From assembly GCA_964019335.1 (NCBI GenBank), contig OZ025654.1, forward strand, positions 682,001 to 746,000: a DNA stretch of 64,000 nt, written 5' to 3'. Every line of letters begins with the position of its first letter. Position 1 is the stretch's first letter. This document shows, piece after piece, positions 11,492 to 22,483 of the stretch. The position numbers were made by a program, and so were the translations under genes. A model generated the notes under the pieces. That model ran no database searches, had not been told where the DNA came from, and saw only the letters and a list, made by a program, of their open reading frames with translations. Origin of the DNA: Diplonema japonicum. Taxonomy: Eukaryota > Protista > Euglenozoa: Diplonemea.

Positions 11492-14218
11492 TTAAACAAC
11501 CGTCTCCACAAACATAGGAGCCCCTGGAGGAGACATAGGCACAGGCGGTGCAAATATTGATGGCCCAGCAGCGCTGGCAGCACCGACGCAGCCCAGTATG
11601 ACGACCACAGTCCCTGCAATGACAACCAGTCCCCCGATGACGAACGGCCACACATACGTCTTTGCTTTCGGACCTGTCGCGTGTTCTTCCTCCAGCTTTG
11701 TACTCGGCTCGGGTGTTTGTACTAATGTCAGTGTCACTATTGACGTGGGCACCGCAGTTGGCACGGGGGTGGGGAGTGGGGTAGGCACGGGGGTGGGAAG
11801 TGGGGTAGGCACAGGTGTGGGGACAGGCGTCATCACCTGTGGTGTGGGGGCATCTGTTATCAGCGTCAACGTCGATGGTAGCGTAGCAGTCGCTGTAGAT
11901 GTGGGTGTTGGAAGTGTTAGAGTTGGTGGGTTCGGCGTCTCAGCAACTGGCGGGAGGGGTATGGTGGGGACTGGTGTCGGGAGCGGTGTGAGCGCAGTAG
12001 TCGGCACAGGTGTAGGAACGGGAGTGGGAACGGGAGTTGGCTGAAGTGTCGGAACGGGTGTAGGGGCGGGTGTAGGAGGTGCCGGTGTGGGCAACGGCGT
12101 AGGTACCGGCGTTGGAAGTGGAGTAGGGACAGGGCTAGGGGCAGGGGTAGGGGCGAGAGTCGGCTGTGGAGTGGGGATAGGAGTAGGAATTGGAGTAGGC
12201 AGAGGTGTAGGGACAGGAGTAGGCACGGGGGTGGGGAGGGGTGTGGGTACAGGCGTGGGAACGGGAGTGGGAAGCACATGGTACGTCATGCTTACCGTAG
12301 CAGTGCTTGTGGGCAGAGTCACACTGGGCCCGATGGTGATGGACGCACTGGCCGTGCCTGTGGGCAGCGATACCGTCACTGTCTCTGTCATACTGGGCAG
12401 CGACAGAGTCTCAGTCACAGTAGCTGTGGGTATGGTCTGTGAGAGACTGACCGTGTCAGTGGGGAGAAGGGATGAGGACACAGTTATCGTCGGTAGCGTC
12501 GCTGTGAAACTGTCTGTGGTGCTCATAGTTACGGTGAGCGTGGGCAGAGTCACCGTCTCTGTAGCAGTGGCAGTAGGAAGCTGCATAGTTAGAGTGTCTG
12601 TGGGAAGCGAAATAGTTTGTGTCTCTGTTAGCGAGGTGCTCAGCGACCCTGTCACCGTAGGTAGCGTCGAGGTGCCTGTCGGTGTTTCTGTGGGAAGTGA
12701 AACCGACGCGGACTCTGTGGCCGTAGGCACGCTGATAGATACCGTCTCTGTGCGGGTGGGCAGCGTGGCGGTCACTGTCCCTGTTTCCGTAGGCATCGTA
12801 GCCGTCGCTGACCCAGTCTTTGTTGGCAGTGTTGATGATGCCGTCACTGTCCCTGAGCGCATCGTCAACGTAACTGTCTTTGTCCCTGTGGGCAGCGTGA
12901 AGGACACAGACCCCGAAACAGTGGGCATCGTGAAGCTCACTGTCTCTGTCTCTGTGGGCAGTGTCCTAGTCGGCGACTCCGTCACCGTGGGCACTGTCAG
13001 AGTTGTTGACCCCGAAACAGTGGGCAGTGTGAAGGTTCCAGACGCTGTCCCTGTTGGTAATGAAACCGTCTTTGATACCGTCAATGAGGGCAGCGTGGCT
13101 GTCACTGTTCCTGTCCACGTTGGTAGAGTGACTGAATTTGTTAGAGTTCCTGTTGGCACCGTCAGAGTTATTGACCCCGAAACAGTGGGCAGTGTGAAGG
13201 TTCCAGACACTGTCCTTGTTGGCAATGAAGCCGTCGTTGATACCGTCAATGAAGGCAGTGTAGCTGTCACCGTTTGTGTCCTTGTCAGCAGCGTCAAGGT
13301 TGTTGACCCCGAAACAGTGGGCAGTGTGAAGGTTACTGACGCCGTCCACGTTGGTAATGAAACCGTTGTGGACACTGTCAATGAGGGCAGCGTGGTTGTC
13401 ACTGTTCCGCTCCACGTTGGTAGAGTGGCCGAAACCGTTTGAGTCCCTGTGGGCATCGACATAGTGGTTGACCCCGAAACAGTGGGCAGTGTGAAGGTTA
13501 CTGACGCTGTCCCTGTTGGTAATGAAACCGTCGTTGATACCGTCAATGAGGGCAGCGTGGCTGTCACTGTTCCTGTCCACGTTGGTAGAGTGACTGAAAC
13601 TGTTTGAGTCCCTGTGGGCATCGTCATAGTGGTTGACCCCGAAACAGTGGGCAGTGTGAAGGTTCCAGACGCTGTCCCTGTTGGTAATGAAACCGTCGTT
13701 GATACCGTCAATGAGGGCAGCGTGGCTGTCACTGTTCCTGTCCACGTTGGTAGAGTGACTGAAACTGTTTGAGTCCCTGTGGGAATCGACATAGTGGTTG
13801 ACCCCGAAACGGTGGGCAGTGTGAAGGTTCCAGACACTGTCCCTGTTGGCAATGAGACCGTTGTGGACACCGACAATGAGGGCAGTGTGGAGGTTACTGT
13901 TTCAGTTTTTGTGGGCATTGATGCAGACGAGGATTTCGTCTCTGATGGCAAGGTGAACGTCACTGTCTCAGTCAATGAGTTCAGTGTAGCTGACAGGGAC
14001 ACCGTGGGCAGTGTAAATGTCACTGATTCTGTCCCAGTTGGTATTGTGGCAGACACAGTCCCAGTGGGGAGTGACGACGAGACTGTCAGTGTGGGTAATG
14101 AAACTGTCACGGTCTCCGTGACTGTTGGGAGCGAAAAAGTCTTCGTCAGCGTTTGACCATCAAGCGTGCCTACATGTAAGAACAACACGGCCACCCACAC
14201 CTGCCGCCTCACATCCAT
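11492..14218 (-). CDS. Type I membrane Thr/Pro-rich surface protein, 908 aa
   Basis: Signal peptide, 11-aa LPT repeats grouped into 55-aa units, a PTPV stalk and a C-terminal TM helix ([22 protein letters not shown]). Confidence 0.9.
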   Translation of the reverse strand: MDVRRQVWVAVLFLHVGTLDGQTLTKTFSLPTVTETVTVSLPTLTVSSSLPTGTVSATIPTGTESVTFTLPTVSLSATLNSLTETVTFTLPSETKSSSASMPTKTETVTSTLPSLSVSTTVSLPTGTVSGTFTLPTVSGSTTMSIPTGTQTVSVTLPTWTGTVTATLPSLTVSTTVSLPTGTASGTFTLPTVSGSTTMTMPTGTQTVSVTLPTWTGTVTATLPSLTVSTTVSLPTGTASVTFTLPTVSGSTTMSMPTGTQTVSATLPTWSGTVTTTLPSLTVSTTVSLPTWTASVTFTLPTVSGSTTLTLLTRTQTVTATLPSLTVSTTASLPTRTVSGTFTLPTVSGSITLTVPTGTLTNSVTLPTWTGTVTATLPSLTVSKTVSLPTGTASGTFTLPTVSGSTTLTVPTVTESPTRTLPTETETVSFTMPTVSGSVSFTLPTGTKTVTLTMRSGTVTASSTLPTKTGSATATMPTETGTVTATLPTRTETVSISVPTATESASVSLPTETPTGTSTLPTVTGSLSTSLTETQTISLPTDTLTMQLPTATATETVTLPTLTVTMSTTDSFTATLPTITVSSSLLPTDTVSLSQTIPTATVTETLSLPSMTETVTVSLPTGTASASITIGPSVTLPTSTATVSMTYHVLPTPVPTPVPTPLPTPVPTPVPTPLPTPIPTPIPTPQPTLAPTPAPSPVPTPLPTPVPTPLPTPAPPTPAPTPVPTLQPTPVPTPVPTPVPTTALTPLPTPVPTIPLPPVAETPNPPTLTLPTPTSTATATLPSTLTLITDAPTPQVMTPVPTPVPTPLPTPVPTPLPTPVPTAVPTSIVTLTLVQTPEPSTKLEEEHATGPKAKTYVWPFVIGGLVVIAGTVVVILGCVGAASAAGPSIFAPPVPMSPPGAPMFVETVV

Positions 14219-14312
14219 TGCCCTGCGGTGTGTGTTGCACGAGAATCGAACTCAATATTTCTTTTAAAAAAGGAAAATAAAAAGGGGAATGCAAAAGCTT
14301 CTTCTATTCTTA

Positions 14313-14434
14313 CAGAAACTTGGTTACCCGGGACGCCCCGGCTAGGGTTGAGCACACCGCACGCATTAAGGACACGACGCGGAACGCAGAAGAAGCTACT
14401 GCTCGGCCGAGGAGCGCCCCCTGTAATCAAGTAG
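14313..14434 (-). repeat. Structured dispersed repeat, inverted copy of 22189-22313
   Basis: ~120 nt shared, including an identical core GTAGCTTCTTCTGCGTTCCGCGTCGTGTCCTTAATGCGTGCGGTGTGC. Confidence 0.85.
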
Positions 14435-14763
14435 GTAGTTCGTGCTTCATTGCACGCTTAACGCCACCTAGTGTTGCAATCAAAGCCCCATTTTTCTTTT
14501 TTTCTTCTGGTTTTTTCTTTCCCTCTCTCCTGTCTGTCCCGAAAGAAGAAAGTGAAGAGAGCCCTGCCACGCGACATCGCCAGGCCAGCGGTAGTGTTTC
14601 CTCTAGGTGTTAAAAGGGGGTGTTATTATGTTAGGAGGTATACACCAGCGATCTGGGGTGGGAAGCGGAGGGCTTCACCTTGACACATTGAAGGAAGAAA
14701 AGAAGAAAAAAAAAGAAAGGCGATGTTTAAGGGCAAATCCCACTAAAGAAAAAAAAAGAGAAG

Positions 14764-14865
14764 CTGGCCGTTGTTTGTACGTGCCGGTTAATATCTGGAG
14801 AAGGTTGTAAACCCGAAACACGTTGCCGACGTTCTCTTGTTTGGACAAGTCAAAGACTCATTCTT

Positions 14866-14904
<39 letters not shown>
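14764..14904 (+). mobile_element. Short poly-A-tailed SINE-like element, copy 1
   Basis: CTGGCCGTTGTTTGTACGTGCCGG...GACAAGTCAAAGACTCATTCTTGC followed by A37. Homologous to 18907-19013 (+) and 44759-45008 (-). Confidence 0.7.
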
Positions 14905-14906
<2 letters not shown>

Positions 14907-15011
14907 AAAGTAGGACACAAGAAAGAAGAGAAAAACAAAAAATAGGGTAAAACACTATGAATATGGGGGCTTTGGGGGGTTTTTTTTTTTCTTTCTTTTT
15001 TTTCAATGTAT

Positions 15012-16868
15012 TCAATGTGGCCCCGGCAGCCTAAAAGAACTCGCTGTGCGCCTACAGATTTCGGTTTCTATGAGTGTGGCAACGGTACCCGTGTCGCGAT
15101 CGAGGGCATAATCGATCGCAGTGCGGTTGCAGGCGTCCCTAAGCTGCAGATGTGCTGTTGTGCAAAAGGCCATCAAGGCTTCTACAACGCACTTTTCAGA
15201 GCTACCAGCGAGGTGCATGAACGTGGTCCGGTTCATGCTGTCTCGCAAACTCGAAAAGGCCCGCTTGTAACGGTTCACGAAGCCCCAGGGCATGAACCGC
15301 AGCCTCTTGCAAAACCTGATGAACAGCGGAACTTTGTCCCTGTTGCGCAGCAAGTACATTGTGCTGATCTTCCAGCACCTTCCCGAACAGATCGCTTCCA
15401 CCTCGTCATGCGTCAAGAGCGACGGGTTGGCAGGGAAGTCAAACCCCATCGACACCAAATGCCTATACTCACCAGGACGGCGGTGGTTGATACACTGAAT
15501 CAAAAGCTCTCTGTGTTCCTTAACCACTGTGTCTCTTGGCCAACTCGCGCAGATTTCTTTGAACACATCGACGTGGCCGGACACTACATGCAAGGGGCTT
15601 GTTGCATTGGCACCGCTTTGCAGCGCAATCACGACCATGTGAAAGTTGTTGCGCGAAACAAAAAGATGCAACGGGGTCTTCTTGTGATAATTCATCTGGT
15701 TCACGTCCGCCCCAAGGGACAGCACCGCCGACAGTATGGCAGGTGTGCTGCAGTGATGGCACACGTTGTTGCCCTGCCTGTCGCGATCGGCCACGCCGCG
15801 TATCTTCGCAAGCCTCTCGATCGTCGCGACGCGTGTCAGGGAACACTTCACAGCGTACATCAAAGCGGTCATCCCCTTCTTGCACGGCAACGAGTCTTTA
15901 AAGAGTTCTTCAGGGATCTGATTCACCCTCTTTGAAAGCAAGTACATCAACGGGGTCTTCCCGTTTTCTGGATCAGCGGCGTGGACATCCCAACCCACCG
16001 ATGCGAACAGCGTGACGTACTCCTCAAGCATCGCTTCCTTGAAGCACAAGGTGCACCTGCAGTACAGCAGGAACCCGTTGTAGTACGAGATGAAGGCTGC
16101 ACGGTTTCGAGCGTTACTGAAGATGATCCCGAGACGGTCGGCGGGGAGCTGCCTGGAGAGGAACAAGTACCCGATCTTCCTATAGTCGATGTCCACAGGG
16201 CCGCGGCTGAAGTACACTGGATTGTAATTCTCCGTGAGGCTGATTTTTTTAGAGAGATGTTCTGCGTTCTCGAGTGTCGTGTCGTCATCGGTAAGTATTC
16301 TGGCGCTGAGGTTTGTTGTCAGCTCTGAGTGGCGCAAAGCATGCTGGAATATCGAACCCGGTCGGGACACAAGGCACGCGAGGTACTCTGTCGCCAAAAC
16401 ACCAGCTTCCGCTACAAACGTAACGAAGTCAGCGCAGAACTGATCCATTGTGGATGCGTCCTTCAAGATCGGGATCGCCAACCTTGAGACCGCTTGGCTC
16501 CAGTCTGGTTCTGTTTTGCCCAGTGCGTCGCGCCACAGTTGGAGGTAGACCATTAGCTGGTCTTGCGGGCCGTGGAAGGCGACTGTGTGTATAGCTTCAG
16601 GGGACACAGTCACGCCCATAGCCTCCAAGGTGAGTCTTGCTTTGACACGGTCGCAAACGGAGATTTCAAAGATGTCGCCCTCGCACACTCCTATATCGGC
16701 TACGGTTTGGGTGTTTAGCTGCTCCCCTTCGTGGCTTATCACGAAGTCGCCCTTTGTGAGGTTCAGGTCGCGTGCGATTACTTGTTCCATTTCCATGACG
16801 CCCCAGTCTGGCATCACCTCGGTGCTGCAGTGGCACCCGTCGGGGCCAGCTACGAAGACGCTTAGCAT
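15012..16868 (-). CDS. Ubiquitin-like domain plus ankyrin-repeat protein, 618 aa
   Basis: N-terminal Ubl (ISHEGEQL...ADIGVCEGD) and ankyrin motifs GKTPLMYLL, GMTALMYAV, GADVNQ...KTPLHL. Confidence 0.85.
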   Translation of the reverse strand: MLSVFVAGPDGCHCSTEVMPDWGVMEMEQVIARDLNLTKGDFVISHEGEQLNTQTVADIGVCEGDIFEISVCDRVKARLTLEAMGVTVSPEAIHTVAFHGPQDQLMVYLQLWRDALGKTEPDWSQAVSRLAIPILKDASTMDQFCADFVTFVAEAGVLATEYLACLVSRPGSIFQHALRHSELTTNLSARILTDDDTTLENAEHLSKKISLTENYNPVYFSRGPVDIDYRKIGYLFLSRQLPADRLGIIFSNARNRAAFISYYNGFLLYCRCTLCFKEAMLEEYVTLFASVGWDVHAADPENGKTPLMYLLSKRVNQIPEELFKDSLPCKKGMTALMYAVKCSLTRVATIERLAKIRGVADRDRQGNNVCHHCSTPAILSAVLSLGADVNQMNYHKKTPLHLFVSRNNFHMVVIALQSGANATSPLHVVSGHVDVFKEICASWPRDTVVKEHRELLIQCINHRRPGEYRHLVSMGFDFPANPSLLTHDEVEAICSGRCWKISTMYLLRNRDKVPLFIRFCKRLRFMPWGFVNRYKRAFSSLRDSMNRTTFMHLAGSSEKCVVEALMAFCTTAHLQLRDACNRTAIDYALDRDTGTVATLIETEICRRTASSFRLPGPH

Positions 16869-17266
16869 TGTACTTCGCCGCCCCCCCCCTCCCCTCCGCC
16901 CCCTCCGTTCCTTGACTTTTTTCTCCTTTTTTTTTGGAGGGTTTTTAGAAAAAAGAAGAAAAAGAAGAAGAAGAAAATGAAAGACGGAGTGAAAAAGAAA
17001 AAAGAAAAATGGTTCTCACGCGCACAAGGAGTTTTTCTTTTCGGCTTTTTTTTTTTTTTAATTCTTATTATTATTTTTAATTTTTTTTAAGCCCTAGCTG
17101 GGGGGGGAGGAAGGGGGACTTTCTTTGGTATCATAAATCGAGAAACGAGGGAAAAAACAAAGTTCACTATGATGGAGAGAGGTTCAAGCAACGACTCCAC
17201 GCACCCAAATAAAAAGAGTTTAGCATTTATTTATTTATTTATTTCTCTTGAAGTGAAGAAACTTAT

Positions 17267-18374
17267 TTAACAAAAGGACCGGGGGTTTTGGCGTCTATTT
17301 ATGAACCCGGGGAAAAGAAATGCGAGAGTTTAACCATAGGAAACCTCCGATAGCATGCATACCCGTACTCAAAAGAGAGCAGAAGAACTGGTAATTAGAA
17401 TAAAGATTATCCATCGCAACCCAGTGACCACGATGCTCGAACTGTCGAAGAAGACATGGTACCGTGTCCTCCGGGTCCCCACCAGGGTAAATTCTAATGT
17501 TAAGCGCGCACCCTGTGCATGAATGCGGCGGAGTACACCTTAAAGCCACGCTGTGCTTAAGGCGGGAGAAGGAGCGAATCAATGCTCAGCCCTTGACCGG
17601 GGGTGGTATGCAGCTTTCCAGCTGGAGGAGTCCGGGAATGCAGCATCTCCACTTTTGATAGTGTCCCGTTGCCCTGGTGGAAGTGGACACAACAAGAAGA
17701 TATGGGGAAATGTGGTGCGGCCCAGGACACGGCCTTTGTAAGGCATTGCAATCTCTTCCTTTGTAGACCAGTAGTCCTTGATGCCCGCCCTGCAGACTTC
17801 GTCCATCAAGGCGGGCAGAACCCAGACGGCTATCCAGGTGTTCAGTTGTACCACGTCTGCGTCGAATGTGGTGCCCTTGGATGTGGTGCCCTTGGATGTG
17901 GTGCCCTTGGATGTGGTGCCTTGGATGTGGCATACACCTTCGAACAGCTGATGGACCTCAGCAAGCTGTTTGCGATAAACAAACTGAAAAGCTGTAGCCT
18001 ATCCATGTCGCCGTTCGATGTTGCTGGACCCCTGTACCCATGTCATTTCCTGGCCGGTATACGGTTGATATTTGTCCCCCAACGCACACCACCCTCATCT
18101 GAGGTGGTGCTGGGGCTGGAAGGAGCACTTGAAATCACTTTAGAAGGTCCTGAGAAGCTGCTCTCAAATACTAAGTAAAACAGGACACCAAGCAACCCCC
18201 TTGGGGACGGGTTTTTGTGTTTGTTCTTCGCGCAAAAGGGTATTTCAAATAAAAGAAAATCGCGGAACAATGGGTCTTAGTAAAGTCAGGGGCTGTGTGG
18301 CACAAAAAGTGTCACATAGAAAAGATAATTTTTCTTAAGGACACATATGTCCTCATGGTCCTTTAGTGGTTTAA
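17267..18374 (-). mobile_element. piggyBac-like transposon relic, internally deleted
   Basis: Transposase remnants IKDYWST, AMPYKGR and GHWVAMDNLYSN...LLSTGMHAIG. TTAA at 17267-17270 and 18371-18374, each followed inward by degenerate TIRs containing AAAGGACC. Confidence 0.75.
17866..17930. repeat. 15-bp tandem repeat (ATGTGGTGCCCTTGG x~4.3) inside the piggyBac relic
   Basis: Directly visible in the sequence. Confidence 0.95.
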
Positions 18375-18755
18375 AAAAAAAAGGGCAAAGGTCCCAAGGA
18401 ACGATACAATTCAAGCAACTTAAGGCACACCTGCACTATTTTTTTTTTTTTTTTTTCCCCTTCAGAGAGAAAGAAAAGCAATTCACCGCCAACAAGTAAT
18501 GACGTTACACAAGACAGCAGCAGTACTTCCTTTGCAGAGGTAAGTGTTTATATTTCCCAACACTCTGAAGCTATGCTCGGGGCAAAATTTTCGTACCTCT
18601 AAAAGCAACTAGTACACCGTGAAGCAATGAGCCCCTGAGCCCCCAAGGGAGTGCGTGAAGCAATTTCTCTTTCAGAAGAGTGAAATAAAAATATGAAAAA
18701 TAAAAAAAAAAAGAAAATATAAATTGTTCGGCGCATATATATGGTCGCATATTTT

Positions 18756-18789
<34 letters not shown>

Positions 18790-18906
18790 GAAAAAAAGAA
18801 AATTGAAAAAGATTCAAAAAGAAATTGCCTCAGGAAAAAGGGTGTTCTTCAATGGAAAAAAAATGGATTTCTCCAATGGAACGAAATGGTGGGTAAAGTT
18901 TACAAA

Positions 18907-19013
18907 GAGGAACCGACCGGTGTAGAAGCCTCAGAAGTTTAAACCCATAAACACGTTGCCAACGTTCTCCTTTTATTTAGACAAGTCAAAAGACTCGTTT
19001 CTTGCAAAAAAAA
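18907..19013 (+). mobile_element. Short poly-A-tailed SINE-like element, copy 2 (diverged)
   Basis: GAGGAACC...AAACACGTTGCCAACGTTC...AGACAAGTCAAAAGACTCGTTTCTTGC followed by A8. Confidence 0.7.
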
Positions 19014-19984
19014 GGGGTGGGGGGGGGGGGGGGGAAGAATCTAATTAAATAATTATTATCCCTTTTTTTCACAGTACATAATAACAGCAAAGCCAGTATT
19101 CCCAATGAAACGCGCGTGTTCGTCCTGAGATGCGAGTGGATTAGGAGGCCGTGGCCACGAAGCAAGAATACAATACTTACACATTTTAATTGCAAATGAA
19201 AACCGAGTAACAAAAAAAAAAAAAAAAAAAAAAAAAGAAGAAGAAGAAAAGAAAAAAAAACACTTTCCTGCACAAGTATCATAAGCACGGACAAATCGGA
19301 TTTGCACTTCAAGGAGAGGCAAGAGAGACCGCAAAAGAAAAATTACTGATAGAGGGGAGAAAAGGTGGGGGGGGGGGGGGGGGGAAGAGGCGAAAGCAAG
19401 AGCACTCAGGTCGCTGCTCACGTAATTTTTTTTATTTTTATTTTTTTTTTTTTTCGTTTTCAATTCCACTCTAAGCAACAGCAAGTGACTTGAAATAACT
19501 AAAAAAGAAATATACTATACAAAGTCAGTTGGACAGAGACCATTTAAAAAGAAAAAAAAGAAGAGTTGATTTTGTCTTTTGCACAGACTGGGATTAAACC
19601 TTAGATGGATAAGCCCGCAACAACGCAACTATCTTGTTTTTTAAAGCGAAAAAGAAGAGAAAAAAAAAAGGGGGGGAAAGAAAAACGTTTTTTTTTGGTG
19701 GGGGAGATCCCATCAAGTCTCCATTTCTTCTTTTTTTTTTTTTTTCGAAGGGCAATTCACCTATTTCCTACCGGTTTCTATACAACCGCACTAAAAACAC
19801 ATTTTTTTTTTTCTTCTTTCTTTTCTCCCACACGAGCAAAACAGCACAGAATGCAAAGGCATCAGTGCATCGCGGAAAACATCCCACACCTCTACGAGTA
19901 GAATACACGCAAAAATGAACAAGAGAGGGGGGGGGGGGGGGGGGGGAATAATTTAAAAAAAACGCGCACTTTTTTTTTCCCCCC

Positions 19985-21415
19985 TCACACACGCACAGCT
20001 GGCTCCCCAGGGCACGAAACGGTAGCAAAAGCACCAAACAAAGAAATACATGCTTGCGTGGGGTACACTGCAGGCAAGCTAGGCAGACCACCACACTTCA
20101 CATCTGTAAACGATGTCATAGAAAACGTCCCATCACCATTGCACACAACACCAAAGGATCCGGGGAGGTCGTTCCGCCCCCTTGAGACACAGGAACCTAA
20201 AACACGACGCTCCGTCTTACAAGAGGTACAGTTGACGCCTGCACACAGCGATACCACATAGTACCCCTCAGGGACCGGCTGAGGGGAAGGGTTCGGAGAT
20301 ATACCAAGGCCCAGTACTGTCGCATAGCCATCCATCGTGCGTGCCGCTGCGTACCCGTAAGAATCGAACAACGTCATTCCGGTCACGATTTCAATACCGG
20401 GAACTATCGACGAAACATTCCACGTCGCCCCCATGTCAACTGTGTGGAGAAACGTAGCTCCTTCAAAACCCGTTGTCACAGCCCACCCTGTCGTCCCGTT
20501 GATGACAGCATGAAGACAAGTTCCCTTCATCGTCCTCGATTCCGGGCTTTCATAAACAGGGCTCCAGGTTTCACCGTCGGTTGTGAGGTATATGTGGACG
20601 GTCCCGTTGCCTTCTCCGATGGCCGCGCATCGGGAGGTGTTCCAACAGGATATTTCATTATAGTAGAAGGAGCCTCGTTCGAAAAACTGCATCTTCCACG
20701 TAACCCCACCATCCGAGGTCTTTGTGATGACCGCAGTATAGTTGTCAGATATAACGTGAGGCTTCGTTATGTTGGGCATAACAACACTGCCTTCAGATGT
20801 ACCTGCTGCGTTGGTGATCATCCCAGGGTATGCACCGCCTGCTATGTACCAAGTTGAAGAGTTTGGGAAGGCTCCGAACCGAGGGAAGCATCCTGGAGCG
20901 AAGCCTTGTGGCCACCATCTATTTTGAAATGTCAGTCCCCCGTTTATTGACAAAGAAGGGCCCATTCCAAGATCGATATCGATACCGATTACCGCGTACA
21001 TGTGGTTTCCTAATGAGTAGGTCGAATGGGCTTCAAAGAGGGTGCCGTAGTCCATGGATGTGTTGAAGACACGCCCTGTGACAGTGAAGTAGGTCCCGCC
21101 GTAGCCGACCGAGATGCCGCCGAGGACGCCTTCCCATCCGTTTTGCATTGCTATGCTTCCCACCCATTTGGGGTGCGCTCTGGAACCTACCACGGCTGAT
21201 TTTACTACTTCCATGCCAGTGTCTGCTACCTTGTAGGCGCCTGTCGTGCCGTTGTAGCCGCCCACTAGCCAGCAGGCCTGCTGTTCGGAGCAGGACACAT
21301 CTACTATCGAATCCAACGGTACCCCAAGATGATCCGAGCTGAACAGGTCCACCCAACGTGCTGATGTGGGAAGAATGATATTCATAATGGGAAGAATACA
21401 CCATAATCGATTCAT
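19985..21415 (-). CDS. Secreted BNR/Asp-box beta-propeller protein (YCF48/sialidase-fold-like), 476 aa
   Basis: Signal peptide; Asp-boxes SINGGLTF, TSDGGVTW, TTDGETW and TVDMGATW; Cys-rich C-terminal domain. Confidence 0.8.
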   Translation of the reverse strand: MNRLWCILPIMNIILPTSARWVDLFSSDHLGVPLDSIVDVSCSEQQACWLVGGYNGTTGAYKVADTGMEVVKSAVVGSRAHPKWVGSIAMQNGWEGVLGGISVGYGGTYFTVTGRVFNTSMDYGTLFEAHSTYSLGNHMYAVIGIDIDLGMGPSLSINGGLTFQNRWWPQGFAPGCFPRFGAFPNSSTWYIAGGAYPGMITNAAGTSEGSVVMPNITKPHVISDNYTAVITKTSDGGVTWKMQFFERGSFYYNEISCWNTSRCAAIGEGNGTVHIYLTTDGETWSPVYESPESRTMKGTCLHAVINGTTGWAVTTGFEGATFLHTVDMGATWNVSSIVPGIEIVTGMTLFDSYGYAAARTMDGYATVLGLGISPNPSPQPVPEGYYVVSLCAGVNCTSCKTERRVLGSCVSRGRNDLPGSFGVVCNGDGTFSMTSFTDVKCGGLPSLPAVYPTQACISLFGAFATVSCPGEPAVRV

Positions 21416-21524
21416 TTTTTTTTTTTTTTTTTTTTTTTTTTTGGTATTGATTCTGCTGCAGGGGTTTCACCTACAGCAACCTTTCTTTTTCTTTTTTTTT
21501 TTTTTTTTGGTGGGTTGGTGGGAA

Positions 21525-21556
<32 letters not shown>

Positions 21557-21940
21557 TTGAAACGAAAAAAAAGTTTTTTGGGGGATGGTTTCCTCATTTC
21601 AGATTTTTTTAAGCATGGCCCCTCTTTGTTGTTTTTTTTTTTTGAAAGGAGGGGATCGAGCATTTGAAAGAGATATAAAGAGAACAAAAAAAAAAAGAAT
21701 ACTGGGAAGGGGGTGGTGGTGTGTATGGGGGGGTTTTTCTTAATTCGTCAGACGGTCAAAAGGAAGTACATTAAGAGGAAGAAAGAGAAGAAAAAAGTGG
21801 AAGAAGAAACCAAACAAGTGCTTCTGCGTTTTCGCGCTCACCAGCTTGTCCTGCGGCCTCATCTCGTCATCCCGGAATTCCATATCCAGGGGAATAAAAA
21901 AGAGAAAAAAAAGAGGTTTCATGGTTTTGCTGTTTCTTTC

Positions 21941-21972
<32 letters not shown>

Positions 21973-22145
21973 TTCCCTACAAACACAACACACACACGCG
22001 CTAGGTTTTTCTTTTTAAATATTTGCTGGTTTGGCAACGGGGTTTTAAAAAAAGGGGGGGGGGGGAAACACAAAAAAAAGAAGAAAAAAAAAAAAGAAAA
22101 AAAAAAGGAAAAAAAAAAGAGAAAAAAAAAAGAGAGACTATTTAA

Positions 22146-22435
22146 GGGTGCCTGCAGTATGTGGCGGGGCGCCCTGCACAAGTATCGTCTACTTGATTAC
22201 AGGGGGCGCGCCTCGGCCTAGTTGTAGCTTCTTCTGCGTTCCGCGTCGTGTCCTTAATGCGTGCGGTGTGCAGCTCAACCCCAGCCATGGTGCCCCTGGT
22301 AACCAAGATTCTGAGCCCGTGCAGTTTGCTGCCTGTTCGTCACCCTGAGCATCTGCGATACGTTCTTCCACTCGGGCGCTACCGGTGATGACCGACGTGG
22401 AGGTCAACAGCGAACAACACATCTGATGTACTTCT
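22146..22435 (+). repeat. ~290-nt GC-rich dispersed element containing the structured repeat
   Basis: The core 22189-22313 matches 14313-14434. The left end GGGTGCCTGCAGTATGTG resembles 45123-45140 and 45420-45440. The right end CGAACAACACATCTGAT recurs at 47341-47357. Confidence 0.65.
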
Positions 22436-22483
22436 TTATATTTCCATATTTCTGTGTTATCCCCACCACCAAAAAATTCCCCC

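Noticed and set aside
14795-14830. Hammerhead-like motif CTGGAGAAGGTTGTAAACCCGAAAC in the SINE-like family
   Set aside because: The core reads CUGGAGA, not CUGANGA, in both intact copies, and helix I cannot be formed convincingly. At most a decayed Penelope-type relic.
17866-17930. Short tandem arrays (here, 38684-39020 and 49722-49776) as CRISPR
   Set aside because: Contiguous 15-bp units without unique spacers, in a eukaryotic context with no cas genes.
22200-22305. HDV-like ribozyme or tRNA reading of the structured repeat
   Set aside because: No P1.1 GG or J4/2 in a workable register, and no cloverleaf or GTTC T-loop.
22385-22426. C/D-box snoRNA (GTGATGA...CTGA)
   Set aside because: Only ~42 nt, no terminal stem, and antisense to the cluster.
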